A stretch of 64,000 bases of DNA from Saccostrea cucullata (Eukaryota), in NCBI RefSeq assembly GCF_032062105.1, contig NW_026935164.1, forward strand, positions 558,001 through 622,000, given 5' to 3'. A program made the position numbers and the translations under genes. How positions within the stretch are numbered: the first letter of the stretch is position 1; the number at the start of each line of letters is the position of its first letter. The notes beneath the pieces are model-generated. The model did not search any database. It was not told the origin of the DNA and worked only from the letters and a program-made list of their open reading frames with translations. Below, piece after piece: positions 29,678 to 42,838 of this stretch.

Positions 29678-32600
29678 TCACTGTATGGTTGACTGATCTT
29701 TGTCTAAATCAGCATACTCTCCCCTGGCAGTCTTCTTCTTGATGACCACAAACAGTCCCCCAAACATGATGATGATGACCGGTATCCCTAGCCCCGCTGA
29801 TATCACCCCCACCACTAGGGAGGAAACTTTGTCCATGGGAGGGGCACCATAGCCAAGCTGGGCAGTCCTTTACACAACAACATAACAGTAATTATTATGT
29901 ATTATAAATACCTAAGATGGGTATTTTCAAATTATGAGAAATTCATTGTCTATATTTTATCCGTTTTGTACACTTCAAAGGCCCGTTAAAACCTCTGGTA
30001 TTAAAAGCCATTTTTAGAAAAAATACACACACATATTATCAAAATCAAAATGTATAGTATATATAAGAAATTTTTTTTTTAACTTTTAAGCATCAATCTT
30101 ACCAAGAAGTATAGTTAGTTTTAGTGAATCCACCATCTTTTTCCAGACCAAATGTGAAATTTGTTGCATATCTTGATACCATCTGAATATCGGAGAAATA
30201 TGAATATAAAATGCTGTTATTCAGGAAATCATCTACATATTCAGTATATACGAGTCCAGTGGTGTCAACTTTCGTGGCTACTGAGCGAGCCCTGGCAGAC
30301 TTTAAGTAACAAACAGGCTTCCATTGTAAATAGCCTCCATTGTCCTCATTCCCTGGCCGAGTTAACCAGTTAGATACCTACAACATAAATGTATTGTGTA
30401 TTTTGCTGACAGTGATACTAGGTTCACTTTATTATCTTAATAAGATTATTCTCAAACATTGAATCAAATATTACATTTTTTCCTAGTTCATTCGATATGT
30501 TTGTTTAATTTTTTAATGAAGCATTAATTATATTTCTTTGAGGTATTCCAAATTTTTACATTTGCATGAGATTCATATTAATATATTTAAGGAATGACTC
30601 TAATGAAGCGGATTATAAAAAAGCGTAAACTGACCCAAACCAGATTATACTCGATAATTTGGCCAAGAATTAGAGTCATTCCTTATAATTTAATTTTAAA
30701 ATAATTAAACAACTTTTGATGTAAAATTGTGTTGCTTTTTACGAGTTTAAATTTATCGCGCAATAATACAACCTTAGTAACGGAAGTTAAGTGAAGCGAG
30801 GGGAGGTAATAACTGATACATAGATCTAGCAGCCATGATGTGTGTTTACATGAGGTAAGATCGAGTAAGTGTTTGAAGTTAAAGATACAGTTATTAAATC
30901 TTGAATTTTCCATGGATTCCGAGGAGTGGAAATGAGGGGATTGATGATTAAGCTGGTCGTCAAGGGGGTGTGTCCCCATACCATACCAAATTATATAAAT
31001 TGTTTTGCGTTCCTTTTTGGAAATCAACCAATGAGAGGCGAGAATATAAACAAAATTAAATTATTTACAGGTAATTAATTAAAATACTCTAATGAAACTG
31101 ATCTGCATACCTGAAAGACTCCAGGTGTGTACTCATCATCTACAGACTTCTTAGTGACGATGGACATGGGTTTGTCTGTGGAGTCCTGCCCTATGAGGAC
31201 GGCCTCTAGACCCCACCGAGCTGAGGAGGAGTTCCCTGTGTCTATGTCCTGGAGGGTAAAATCAATCTGAGTGGACTCGGCATCATACTGAAGGTGGGGT
31301 AACTCTGTAGATCTGTCACTGTGATCAAACAAGTGAAACTGAAAAAAGACACAATACATATAATAATTATTCAAATCATAATTAAATCATAATTATAGGG
31401 AAAGCATCTTTAGGTTTAGTAGATTCAAGTAAGTTTAAATTAAGGCCTCAGAAACGAACTTGGAGTCAATTGAGATTGAAAGAGAATATAATTCAACTAT
31501 GTATGAACAAGTTTTCATGTATTATTTATTTTAATTTCAATATTTTAGCATTGAATGTAGTATTCTAAATTTCGGACACAGAAAATGAAACGAAAGTCTA
31601 TAGGACTTTGAAGTTAGTTTCACACACTGTAATTAAGATTCTCTAGGACACACTGTTGCTTTTTTGTGCAGATTTCTTCTTGACTGGAGTATTTAGGGTG
31701 CCATGAAAATTACAGATCATACCGGTAGTTATTGCAAATTTGAATATCACTTGTATAACAACACATTTGAGTATATGTAGATCTAACTCTATTAAAGACA
31801 CATTGTACAAATATATTTCAGGTTGTCAGGATTAAGCTGTGAATATTATTCTTTTACTATCTAGTAATCTTTGAAACATTGTATTGTTTCACCTGTTTTG
31901 TTTCATTTAATATATTTTAGACTTGCTTTCATTATAATTAATATATTTGTATTACTGCAAAATTAACAACAGTCAAACATACATGATATACATGTACTAA
32001 ACAAGGTAAATGATAAACAGATGGACAAAAACAATATTTCCAAAGAATAACTTAAGAAATTTTAAGGTAAAGAAGAAAATTCTGAAACTCAGTGATAATT
32101 ACCTGTAGCAATAAAGACTCATTGTAAAAAGCCCTCTCCATCACTTCTCCACTAGTTTTGACCTTCATCACGATGAAATCATTGGATGACCACATAGTTA
32201 GATCCTGCCACTCAAACTTGTCAAAGTCATACACTCTCCAGGCAGTGCTGTTGATGTTGTAGTAATTTATATCGGCTTTGTCAGCGGTGTCATTGTACTG
32301 GAACAGCTGTTAGAATGTAAATAATCAAGCTCATTTTATTGCCCATTTTCTGAAGTCTTTATCATGTTTATGTACCTCCCTCCCAAAATGCATTAACTGA
32401 CACATGGTAAAGGGTTGATGCTTCAAGAGGGTGCAAATTAGAACAAAGATATCATAAAACTAACATACAGATAAACAGACAGACATAAAAATTTATGTCA
32501 TATATTGTTTATTAAAGAGTCAATTAAACTTAAGCTTTATCAAATATGGCCATATGTGAGAAAATACTTAATACTTTTTCTTCTCGAAAAAAAAAATTGA

Positions 32601-34933
32601 ACATATGTCTTAAAACTAGAAAAATACTCTTATAGATATGCAAGTGTATCTTATATCACTACCATTTGACTAAAACTTAAATAAAGATATAGTATGTGTC
32701 ATGCATATTACTTGCCCTTGTAAACACAACCCCAAATGAATATAGCTCCTTTACACCATCTGGTTTGATTATAGCTTCCCTTCTTTCTGTTTCATTTTTA
32801 GAAGCAATCTTTTTACAGTCAATCTGAAGCTGGAATTTGCCTTTTGGTTTGTTAGTCTTAATTACTAGTGCTGAAGGTGGACCCCCTATTGCTGATATGA
32901 TATAGTGCAGAATGTCATTATCTCCCTTGGACACAATGTAAGCAAGACCAGGACTACATTCTTCACATTTCTGTGACTCACAGCCAGGGTTAAAGAATGT
33001 GGTCATCTACAAAAAATATTGACAAATATTACTTATACAAAACAAAAAATAAATGCTTAAAAATTATTTTAAATAATATTAAGAAACTACTTTCTGGAAT
33101 GGCATTTTTTTTAACCATATCACTTTGAAATTAGCTAGACTCTTACATTAGGTCATTTTAAAACAGCCTTAATTAATCTGAATTATCTAAAGATTGTGAC
33201 AAATGATATCACTTCTATCAATTAATAATTTAGTATATAGGCCTTTGCTTCTATCCATTAAAAGAAAGAGAGAATAAATTTCAAATACTTCAGAAAAGAG
33301 TTTTTATACTATCACCTTGCTGATCAATAAGGCTGTCGTAACTAGACTCTGGGACCAACTTGGTTATTAAAACACTTCTAAACCCACTTGCCCAATGAAA
33401 ATTCTACATGTACTGCATTTTGACATTTTTATAGAGTAGAGAGACTATTGGCAAGAGTTTAAAAAATAAAGATCTCAAAGAGATAACTTTCTACATGCAT
33501 GTTTAATGGTTAGGGCCTGCATGGATAACGGCCGAGATAGCTCAATTGGTAGAGCATCTGACTAGCGATGCAGAGGTCCCGGCTTTGATTCCTGGTCCAG
33601 ACATACATTTTTCCTGTTACAGATTTGGTGCCATTGACCACCCTGGGAATTGCAAATGAAAGTCTTGCCAAAGGCTTATAAGAACTTAGGTTGTGTCTTC
33701 GAGGGGGAAGACCATTTTAGGAGGGAGGAAGTAATGATTTTAGATATGGATGTTGGCCTGGATTGTTCAGATTGTAGAGCACCTGACTAGTGATGCAGGG
33801 GTCTCCCAGGTTTGATTACCCGCCCAGCCATACATTTTCTCCTTTCCTGTTAGAGATTTGTCATGGTTTGATTCATGGATATCGGCCCCAAGATAGCTCA
33901 ATCGGTGGAGCACCTGACTAGTGATGCAGGGGTCCTGGGATCAATTCCTGGTCCAACTTTTAATTTAATTCTTTTCTGTAACAGATTTTGTGCCATTGAC
34001 CACCCCTGGAATTGCAAGTGATTGTCCTGGCAGGGGCTAAAAAGAACTTAATTGGGTTATATGTGTTCGAGGGGGAAGACCATATTTTAGGATAGCTGCA
34101 GATCTGTAGCTCTCCGAAAAAATATACATTGATAGACCGGAGAGCTACAGAGCCACCCATTGAAAAAAATGTATATTTATTGCGCACAAAAAAGTGCGTT
34201 CAGTTCTCGATTTATTTCTCCGTGTTTTTAAAACTGCAATATCAAAATATTACTAACCGTGTGTTCCTAACATATTTTTTGACCCTTTCCACAACAAAAC
34301 ATTCCTCATAATTGTTGTTAATGGTCCTCCTGGTCCTGATTTGCAATCATCGAACATTTCGCTTATTTATACTGCCATTTTGGTTTCAAAGATAATTCGG
34401 TCCAATATACCTCATGCAGATGTCAACTACGAGAGTACTTGATAGAGGAGAGAGGAATTTTTTGAAATCTTCCATTTTTTGCAATTGAGGTAAGAATTTG
34501 GAAGAATTAATCAAGAACCGAGCGCACTTTTTTGTGCGCAATAAATATACAGTTTTTTCAATGGGTGGTACTGTAGCTCTCCGGTCTTTCAATATAATTA
34601 TATTTTTTCGGAGAGCTACAGATCTGCAGCTAATTTTAGGAGGGTCAGATTGTAATGTTTGGGCCATGCATAATGGCCTCGATAGCTCAGATGACTAGTG
34701 ATCAGGGGTTTGATTTCTGGTCCAGTCATACATTTTCCCCCTTCCTGTTACACATGTCACATGTAGAATCAAAAACATGTTATTCCTCAATGTTATTACA
34801 CCTATATTTAATTTTAATGTCTGCTTGATCTTAGATAAGTATAACTGAGATTCATCATACTTACACTCCGAACTGGCCCATCACTATGAACAAAAGAAAA
34901 GCAAAAAATTGCTATAAAGCTTTTGAATAGCAT
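29678..34933 (-). CDS. GLMP: Glycosylated lysosomal membrane protein (NCU-G1), 6 exons, ~418 aa
   Basis: Exons 34933-34865, 33006-32716, 32306-32103, 31338-31111, 30377-30103, 29867-29678. Signal peptide, SVDDEYTPGVF, GYLQWKPVCY, GYGAPPMDKVS, single TM (VGVISAGLGIPVIIIMFGGLFVVI), cytosolic YADL (YXXphi). Confidence 0.9.
33528..34750 (+). repeat. Tandem array of four degenerate tRNA-headed units in GLMP intron 1
   Basis: Heads of the form gatagctcaattggtagagcatctgactagcgatgcagaggtcccgg...tgattcctggtccag at ~33530, ~33755, ~33885 and ~34675, each followed by catacattttcctgttac. Confidence 0.75.
34093..34632. mobile_element. MITE with TAG termini, ~115-bp TIRs and 9-bp TSD (Academ/AcademH- or MULE-like)
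   Basis: tagctgcagatctgtagctctccgaaaaaata... is mirrored at the right end; TSD attttagga (34084-34092, 34633-34641). Confidence 0.88.
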
Positions 34934-35243
34934 ATTTCTGCTCCACAGCTCCCCAAACAGATGACAAGATCCGTCACATGACTAGCATTCATGATCACAT
35001 GGTAACAAAATTAAGAATTTCCGAACCCGATCTAAATTATAAAACATCTTTGGTTGTTAAAATTCCCTTCTTTTTATTTTATGTTTGTTTCATTATGATG
35101 AAATATATGAAAATATTTGAATTTGTTAATGATGTTCCTATCTCATTATACCTTATTTTATTTTGTTGATATAAAATATAACGTGACTTCCGGCGGGAAA
35201 TACAAATGGAATATGGCTCCTGAACCGAACGTGAATTTGGACG
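34934..35243. promoter_or_regulatory. Putative bidirectional promoter, GLMP / uncharacterised membrane protein gene
   Basis: gtgacttccggcggg (ETS-like) at ~35185 and a candidate first exon ending at ~35243, opposite the GLMP start at 34933. Confidence 0.5.
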
Positions 35244-35529
35244 GTAGAGTATTTATCATTTTAGCAAAAGAATTTTTGAAATCCGAAGTATAGAAAACTA
35301 TATTTAAACATTCACTACTAAATGATTTTTCCCATCTTTATAATTCATGATATCAGAGGATGGTTGGGAGGAAGATGTAATTTTTTGTTTTGAATTGGTG
35401 GGCAAATGACAAAGTGTCAAACTCGAAGCTAATCAATCTTTGATGTGTGTGTTCTTAAAAAGCTTCGTACTTTGGTATATTTAATCTCTCAATGCCATCA
35501 CACACTAGCATTTCATATGAAATTTGCCC

Positions 35530-35870
35530 CCCCCCCCCCCTCTCCCGACACCCTGAATCTCCAGTCATGCAGGTGCTCTATCAGCTGAGCTATCTGGTCA
35601 CCAGGAATCATACCCATCTGACAACCACATTCTGTCCTTCTTAAAATGTATTTGGCTCCGAAAGACACCAATCCAGGCTCTTTCCTGGCCGGTCTTTCAC
35701 CTTTTACCTCCAGGGCATTGTATGGCACCAAATGTATAATAGGAAAGGAGAAAAATGTGACATATGATACAGGATCAAGATTCAAACCCAGCCCCCCCCC
35801 CCCCCCCCCTGAATCTCCAATCAGGTGATCTATTAACTGAGCTATCTGGATACTGGTGATCAAACCCATC
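35530..35870 (-). repeat. Reverse-strand copies of the same tRNA-headed tandem unit
   Basis: caggtgctctatcagctgagctatct (~35570) and caggtgatctattaactgagctatct (~35822) are reverse complements of the heads at 33.5-34.7 kb. Confidence 0.65.
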
Positions 35871-36144
35871 TGACCACCAAAGATGTATACAGATGTTTCA
35901 ACAGAGGGATGGGGGTCAAGTCCTGGGTACATGTAGGGGTATGCAGCTCATACACTTTTTGCCCAAATTTATTGAACTTAAAAATCTTACTAGCACAGCT
36001 GTTAACACTTGCAATTTCAAATGTGTGTTTAAGTATAGGCTTTACCTTAAAATAATATTGTAATTAATTTTTTTTCTATCATGTTTATGATGATATTAGT
36101 TTTATTTTTATCATTGCACATTTTAGTTGAAGTAAATATTTGAC

Positions 36145-38978
36145 ATGGAGAAGACACCAGTTTACACCACACCCAGTTCTGAGACCATTGGAGAGCCACC
36201 TATCAAGAAGCACAGACTCATCAATAGTGGATCAACTCCACAAAGAAATGGCCTGACCCCCGTCAGACAAAGACTAGAACAACAGAGAAAGAAGCTCCTA
36301 GAGAAAGATACCAGTGCTCAGCAGGAGACCAGCCCTACACTGCAGAAACTGAGGGACACTCCAGGTCTGTAGGAATCTTACTCCAGGATTCCTTAACAAA
36401 AAATAGCTTAATAAGCACACTAACCTATCAGTTGGTATCCCTAGGTTCTGATCTGCTCTTTTCTTAAAAGGGTAGAGGACCACAGGACCAGATAAAAATA
36501 CTTGCCTTTAATACAAAGATCTGATGGAATATGTGACATATGAGATTTGAAATAAGGAATTATATCAAATCTATATTCCCTTCTATCACTACCCTTTGTG
36601 TTCATCTGTGTGCAAAATAAATGGAGACGATCTTGAACCCTGAAACAGACTTATACTTATATTTCATTTATAACTAAGAAACCGTTTCATTGTGTTCTTC
36701 AGGCCTTAGATGTCAATCTGAAAAAAATGTCATATTCAGCTCTTTTAAAGTGGAATTATCTTTTACATGTATTTACATAGGTCGAGTGAACAAAGACAAA
36801 CATGCCTTGATCAACAAGCACCTTGATACAAAGCACAACATGGATCGACTCAGTGTAGGAGGCGGAGTATCACTGTGGCCAGAAATGGAGGACATGCGTC
36901 TCTCGCTTCCTGAAATACTGAAGCTGGGAGCTCTCTGCTTCTCATTGTTTGCAATGGTTATCTTATTATTCACAAAATTACATGGTGAGTAAGATAGGGG
37001 ATTAAACAAAGCAACAATTTTAAAAATTCTACCAGTCAAGCCTCAATATATAAAACATGAATAATGTAAATTCTTATAGTTGAAATCCTGGGTTTAAATT
37101 GCTTAAGTAAGGGGTTTGTATATGCATTGATTATTTCTTATTCAGGTGAGCAGATGAGCCTCTTGTTCTCATTAATGTTTTCACACAGACAAAACATATT
37201 CCTCCTTAAAAATTTGTTTTATATTTTGCAGGTGATGTTGTGCAAAATCTATTGCTGTTTCACCATAGACTTGTAGACTTCAGTAATAAACATGGTATAA
37301 ATGTTACAGCAACAAGTGATAAATTCAGATCATCTGTGATAGAATGGCATCTTCATCATAAACTTTTACTAGTAGGTTCTAGCATTGCAAAAAATTACAG
37401 TAAAACTTGGTTATAGCGAAGTCCTGGGAACCTTTGAATTTAATTCGCAATATCCGTAATTCGTTGTATCCGTATGACGAATTCGTATAAGCATTATAGC
37501 GAATTCGCAATATGCATGCTTTCCTTTAAGTATTACTACCAAATATGTTAGGGAAGCAAATATTACAAAACATATCGATAAATAAGGTTTTATTATGAAT
37601 TGAATTTTATATTCAGATGCTAAAAGGAAATAAGGTCATTTCTTAAAATAATCTTTGTAAGTTCGTTATAAAAGAGTAAATTTCATTATATTTTACCTCA
37701 ACGGGAATCAAAATCAGTTCGCTATATCCGTAAATTCTTTATATCAGAGTTCGTTATAACCGTAAAAATTTACAAAGATTTGTTAATAATTTTGCCGGGG
37801 ACCCAGAAAAACTTCGCTATATCCGTGACTTCGCTATATCCGTGTTCGTACTAAACGAGTTTTACTGTATTGGTGTATGGTTTTGAGGTTTATACAAAGA
37901 ATTGTTTCATAATACATCCACTACACATAGTGCACACCTCCACACATTTTCCTTGTCATTTGTCATTTATTGATTTATTTAGTGATTTGGTTTTCTTTAG
38001 GATGAGATTCATGCCCGTTTTGATGTCAGTAAGTTCCCTATGACCTACGTGATGTATATAGTTGTATATGGAGGAGGAATGGGTACGCTGGTCTACTTCC
38101 TGGCTGACAATGTCTGGTCCAAAAGTAAACTCTCACCACGCCGAATCAAACAATGGTAGGTCTTCTGTTAATTCTACTATATTATTTCAAGTATCAATTT
38201 TTGTTAATTTTCCCCACGAAAATCATTGAAGTTATGTATGCAGTTTTTTAATTGATATTGCCATAATACATTTATTAGCTTTCCTCCTGACTGATACACT
38301 GTATTGCAGTGAATTTTTCATATATTTCCTCTCCCATTAGTTGTGTGCATATTGAAAATGGACTATCAGTACTTTAACAGAGGGTGTGTGAATAGCATAT
38401 CTTTACTACATGTATCACTAATGCTTGTATATTTCTAGGACAAGCCTGCTCACACTGATTGGTACTTGGACAGTGGCCCTGACCTACATGCTTGTTTGTG
38501 CTTACATGGTGGAAATGGCAATAAAAAATAATGTTCACAAAATTACAGAAGTTCTGGTACGATTCAGTTTTCTCCTGGGAAACATTGTTGTCCTTTTTAT
38601 TCTAACCAACAAAATAAAGTAAAATTTCATGTTCAAGTAAAACATTCTACTACATGTATCCCTGAGTATAATAATATATGTATCATTTTTATCCTTTTTA
38701 AAATTGTTCAGTCATTTTGCACTGCATAAATGTTTTATCATTGACAGGGAGAGGCCATAGCAACAGACTTTGACCTTAGTGTTTTACACGCTGTTGTGGA
38801 GTACTGGAGAACTCGTTGCTTAGCAACAGGAACTATTAGGGTCATGGGTCTTCTGGAGGTCAAGGACTTGTTGTTCTATCTACAGTACTACCTTGTCCCC
38901 GTGGCTACAATACTTGGGACTCCTGTCATTAAACTTGTAGTTTCACTTTATCACATATATAGTTATAAACACAAATGA
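36145..38978 (+). CDS. Uncharacterised multi-pass membrane protein, 6 coding exons, ~355 aa
   Basis: Exons 36145-36364, 36781-36984, 37232-37371, 38001-38155, 38439-38556, 38748-38978 join in frame by GT-AG (1068 nt). Hydrophilic N-terminus and about 4 hydrophobic segments. Confidence 0.8.
37398..37867. mobile_element. Pogo/Tc1-type MITE (TA TSD)
   Basis: cagtaaaacttggttatagcgaa / ttcgtactaaacgagttttactg; a shorter copy lies at 45336-45510. Confidence 0.78.
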
Positions 38979-39494
38979 ACCCCTCAAAATTGATATTTGT
39001 AATTCAATGCTTAGGCCAATACATGTATTACACTTACTTAACTTTTTACAGGGTAAAATGTTAGGTCAAAACTTACAGGTTATGCTAAATTAATTATGGA
39101 AAAAAATGTCAGCATCAGTGATGTATTAATGTTTTTCTTTGTGTAAAAATGTGGTTCATTTACATTTCCACTTTCATTTACATGGAAACGATGAGGAGTA
39201 TCAATCATCTGCAATTTATATTTTCATGTTTTACCCCGAACATTGATTAGATGTGCTTTGTTGAAATTTTATTTATAAACTTTCTACTGCTAAATGTTCT
39301 TATATGTACAGTGTATTAAATATGTCTTTTGTAGAACCTCTCTGACTTGCTGTTTTAGCTCAACTGAAATTTTCTTTTAAAAAAGTGCCTTAGGCCTGTC
39401 TGTCAACTTTTTGTTTTCTGCAACACAGCCTCTACTCAAAAGAAATCTTTACACCAAGAATCACTTTTTAATGTTTCTCTCACCAAGTTGCCTA

Positions 39495-39860
39495 GTTGTA
39501 GGGCAGTCGCTTCATGATCATGCAGGAACCCCTGGTTGGATTCTTGTTTGCTACACTGCCTCAAACCTAAGAAGTTAACATAGGTACTGACTGTTCCCTT
39601 GTGGGGCTTCAAGCATTAGAAGTGAAAGTTCAGAGGACTTTAATTCAAATGAGACCTTAAAAAATAAGGCAAGGTCCTGTGTTATGGTAGGCATTGATTT
39701 GATAAAGATCACGCACTGCTCAATGGCCATGTGTGCCAAATACATGTATAGTTTAGGTGTATAGGTATAGGTAAATTCAAAGCCCTTCAGTGGTATATGG
39801 TGACACTGTATATCAGTAAAAAAATTTTTGAATTGGACATGAAACAACAATCAACATTTC
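39495..39860 (+). mobile_element. Degenerate tRNA-derived SINE
   Basis: Core gagaccttaaaaa...ggtcctgtgt...aaagatc...ctgctcaatggcc and tail ggacatgaaacaacaatcaa are shared with other SINEs in the window. Confidence 0.55.
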
Positions 39861-40395
39861 TTATTTAAAGGTAGACCAGGATCCAAACTATGCATTACTG
39901 TTAACCGGCTTTTATTTTCATGTAATAAATATCTACAAGCTTTGTGACCCCTTTTAACTCACAAATATTAATCACTTAACCATATTTTCTGTGCATATGT
40001 ACACAAAAATTTTTAAATCTTTATGGATTTATTTCAATCTACCGAATCATAAATTAAGATGGATAACAGTAATCTGTGTGACCTTGACTTTGTCAAAATA
40101 AGCTTTGTTCACTGCAATGCAAACAATGTGGTAAGTGCACAGGCACTTCTTTTGGTAATAAATTTTTAACCTAAAAGTATAATAATAACATCATGTGTTG
40201 TTATTATAATATTTTTTTTGGAAAGTATCAACTTTTAACACTTTTCATTTTAAAAGGTTTATAACTGGATAAGAATTATTTGTTACATTGAATTTTATAA
40301 ATTACCAGTGATCAAGGTCAAAACACACCATTTAAATCTTGAATGAAGTTTGAAATTTAAAAATTTTCTCTTAGAAATATATGAAACACTGTTAA

Positions 40396-42141
40396 GAGCC
40401 ATTCTCTGTAATGATTTGAAATTTTATATAGAAGCTGTGGCACGCATAGTCTCAGAATTTCTTCAAACTCTCTATGATAAAAGTCATTGATACCCTAAAC
40501 TGAAATCAGGCAAAAATCGGTTGCTATGTTTTATAGTTACCATGGTAACATGTCTTAAAGATCGAAAAATGGCATTTTTTAACATGTTTAGAGCCCCATA
40601 GTTAACATTTGCAGCAAAGCAAACAATTGGCAATGACTGTTTCCAAAAGTTGAAGGTCAGATGTCTCAAATGCATGATAAACATGTTTGGTAAATCAACT
40701 ATTACATACGTTACTATGGTAACAAAGTATTCAAAAGTAAAAAAAATATTCATTGAATTTTGTAAAGTCATACACGTAAAAATAAAAAGCAATTATAGGA
40801 TGAAATGTGACCAAATAATAGAAAAAAGAGCCTTGAAACATATATCAAGAACAAAATATGATATTTTATTTTGGTTGGCAATGGTTGCCAAGGTTTTTAT
40901 ACCACTGTAAGGGAGCCTTCAAAGTAACACTCTGTATGTTTAAATCTGATCCTATCTTTAAAAAAAAAGCACATTTCCTCATAACTAATGATCAATTTTA
41001 TAAGATGTTGGTGTGCTCCACATTTTCCCATTTGAAAAAATTCAGATAAGATTCTTTAAATAGAGCGTTGCTATGGAAATAAGCAGAAAATATATGCTTA
41101 AAAACCTGAAAAATATTTTCTTTCCTTGGATACGTACCCTTAAATGTAGATTCCCAAAACTTTTATGATTGATATTTATTAAAAGCTAACTTGACTTTTA
41201 ATTTTGACTATCATCCAATCTCTAAGTGGATGCAAGAAGTTGGCACACAGGGTTTAATATTGATATAAAGTTCACAAAATCGAACATTTTCCCTTCTTGG
41301 TAACCATAGCAACAGTGTTGTTTTATTCATCAAATTTTATCAATATATGATATTCAACTTCAGTTCTGACAGATAAGTACTATTCAAGCTGAGTCCTTTC
41401 ATTTGTTTCTTGATTAAATGGCAATTTAAGTCTTAATGCAGTGAAAAATAATTCACTTTTAAGCACTGGTACTTTGTTTCCATGGTAACACTGCAAAGTA
41501 GCAATTATACCCAATTTTTCTTATGGTTTTGGTGTTGCAAGGTCCTAAGGATGCATATTTGCCAGTCTTGAATTTTCATGTTTCTCCTCAAGACAGTAGT
41601 ATTAACCCAATCTTAGTTACTGGTTTTGCATGGTTACACTGTGTTACCATGGCAACCATAAAAGTTATTTATAGAATAATATTGCTTATACTTATATACT
41701 TAAAGTCAAACATTTTCATTGTTTTTCTTAAGTCGTTGATTGAATTTGAGCATGTAACACCTACCATTAGTGAATACGAAGTGTTTTTCAGCATATTTCA
41801 GCATTTTAAATGTATTCCAAATGTACCCTTGGTTACCACTTACTAGGAGATATATTCTAAAGAGTTTCTTTATATTATAAGTGACATCAAGGTGTTATGT
41901 TTTTGTGAGAATGGTTTGTTTGCTTTTTCTAGTTTTTATTAAGCCACAGTCAAGATTTAAAGTGGCTGAAAATCTCGATTTTTCAAACTTTTCCGGCTGT
42001 TGCCATAGCAACCGAGACACATAGCAACGAAATTTTGTTTGATATTTGTTTCTGGTGTCAAGTACTAAGCATGGTTGAAGTTTCGTCAAAATCGGTGACC
42101 ATGCGTGGCAACGAAGTTTAAGTGGTTACAGAGAATGGCTA
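40396..42141. mobile_element. Kolobok-like non-autonomous element (TTAA TSD)
   Basis: ttaa|gagccattctctgtaa ... ttacagagaatggcta|ttaa; multiple internal GTTNCCATGGNAAC palindromes. Confidence 0.8.
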
Positions 42142-42302
42142 TTAAAAGGTATCAACATGTATTCCATCTCTGAAAACTTTCAATTATATACTTCTACCAG
42201 TAATACTCATTTATTGCAAGATGCAGCTAGAAAAAAAACTTTATATGTAAACTTGAACCAGATCAAATTACATTGAGTCAAGGTCACAGCACAACTTACA
42301 TA

Positions 42303-42516
42303 GTGTACTTTCCTGGCAGTAACCATGAGGTTGCCAAATTAACTTTCAGATTCAGATCAGGACATATCTAAGGTCATAAGCAATCTTTGCATCACATATT
42401 AGTTTCCAGTGTACTTTCCTGGCTGTAACCACGAGGTTGCCAAATTAACTTCCAGATTCAGATCAGGACATATCTAAGGTCATAAGCAATCTTTGCATCA
42501 CATATTAGTTTCCAGT
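42303..42516. repeat. Tandem duplication, 2 x ~106 bp
   Basis: gtgtactttcctggc...catattagtttcca occurs twice with few mismatches. Confidence 0.85.
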
Positions 42517-42838
42517 GTTCTTCATTATATAAAGATATGGCCTGCATGGACACGTTGCACTCATATGGAGAGATGTACAGACCAGGATGCATCTAACACA
42601 TATTCATTTAAAAAAAAAAAGAAAAGAAAATTCAATTGTATAGATTTTATTTCTTTTTTTTTTGCTTCAGCAACACAACACAGGATTGAATATAAAACAG
42701 TACATGCTTTTCCTTCCATTTCATACAGTTTATTTTTTGCTTCAGCAAAACAACACAGTTTTGAATATAAAAGAGTTCTATTTTTCCACACTCTCTCTCT
42801 TTTGTTCAGCCATTCACACATATATTATTGTTTATTTT

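Noticed and set aside
33528-33960. Functional tRNA-Ala/Thr genes
   Set aside because: T-arms and B boxes are degenerate and the heads are embedded in longer tandem units.
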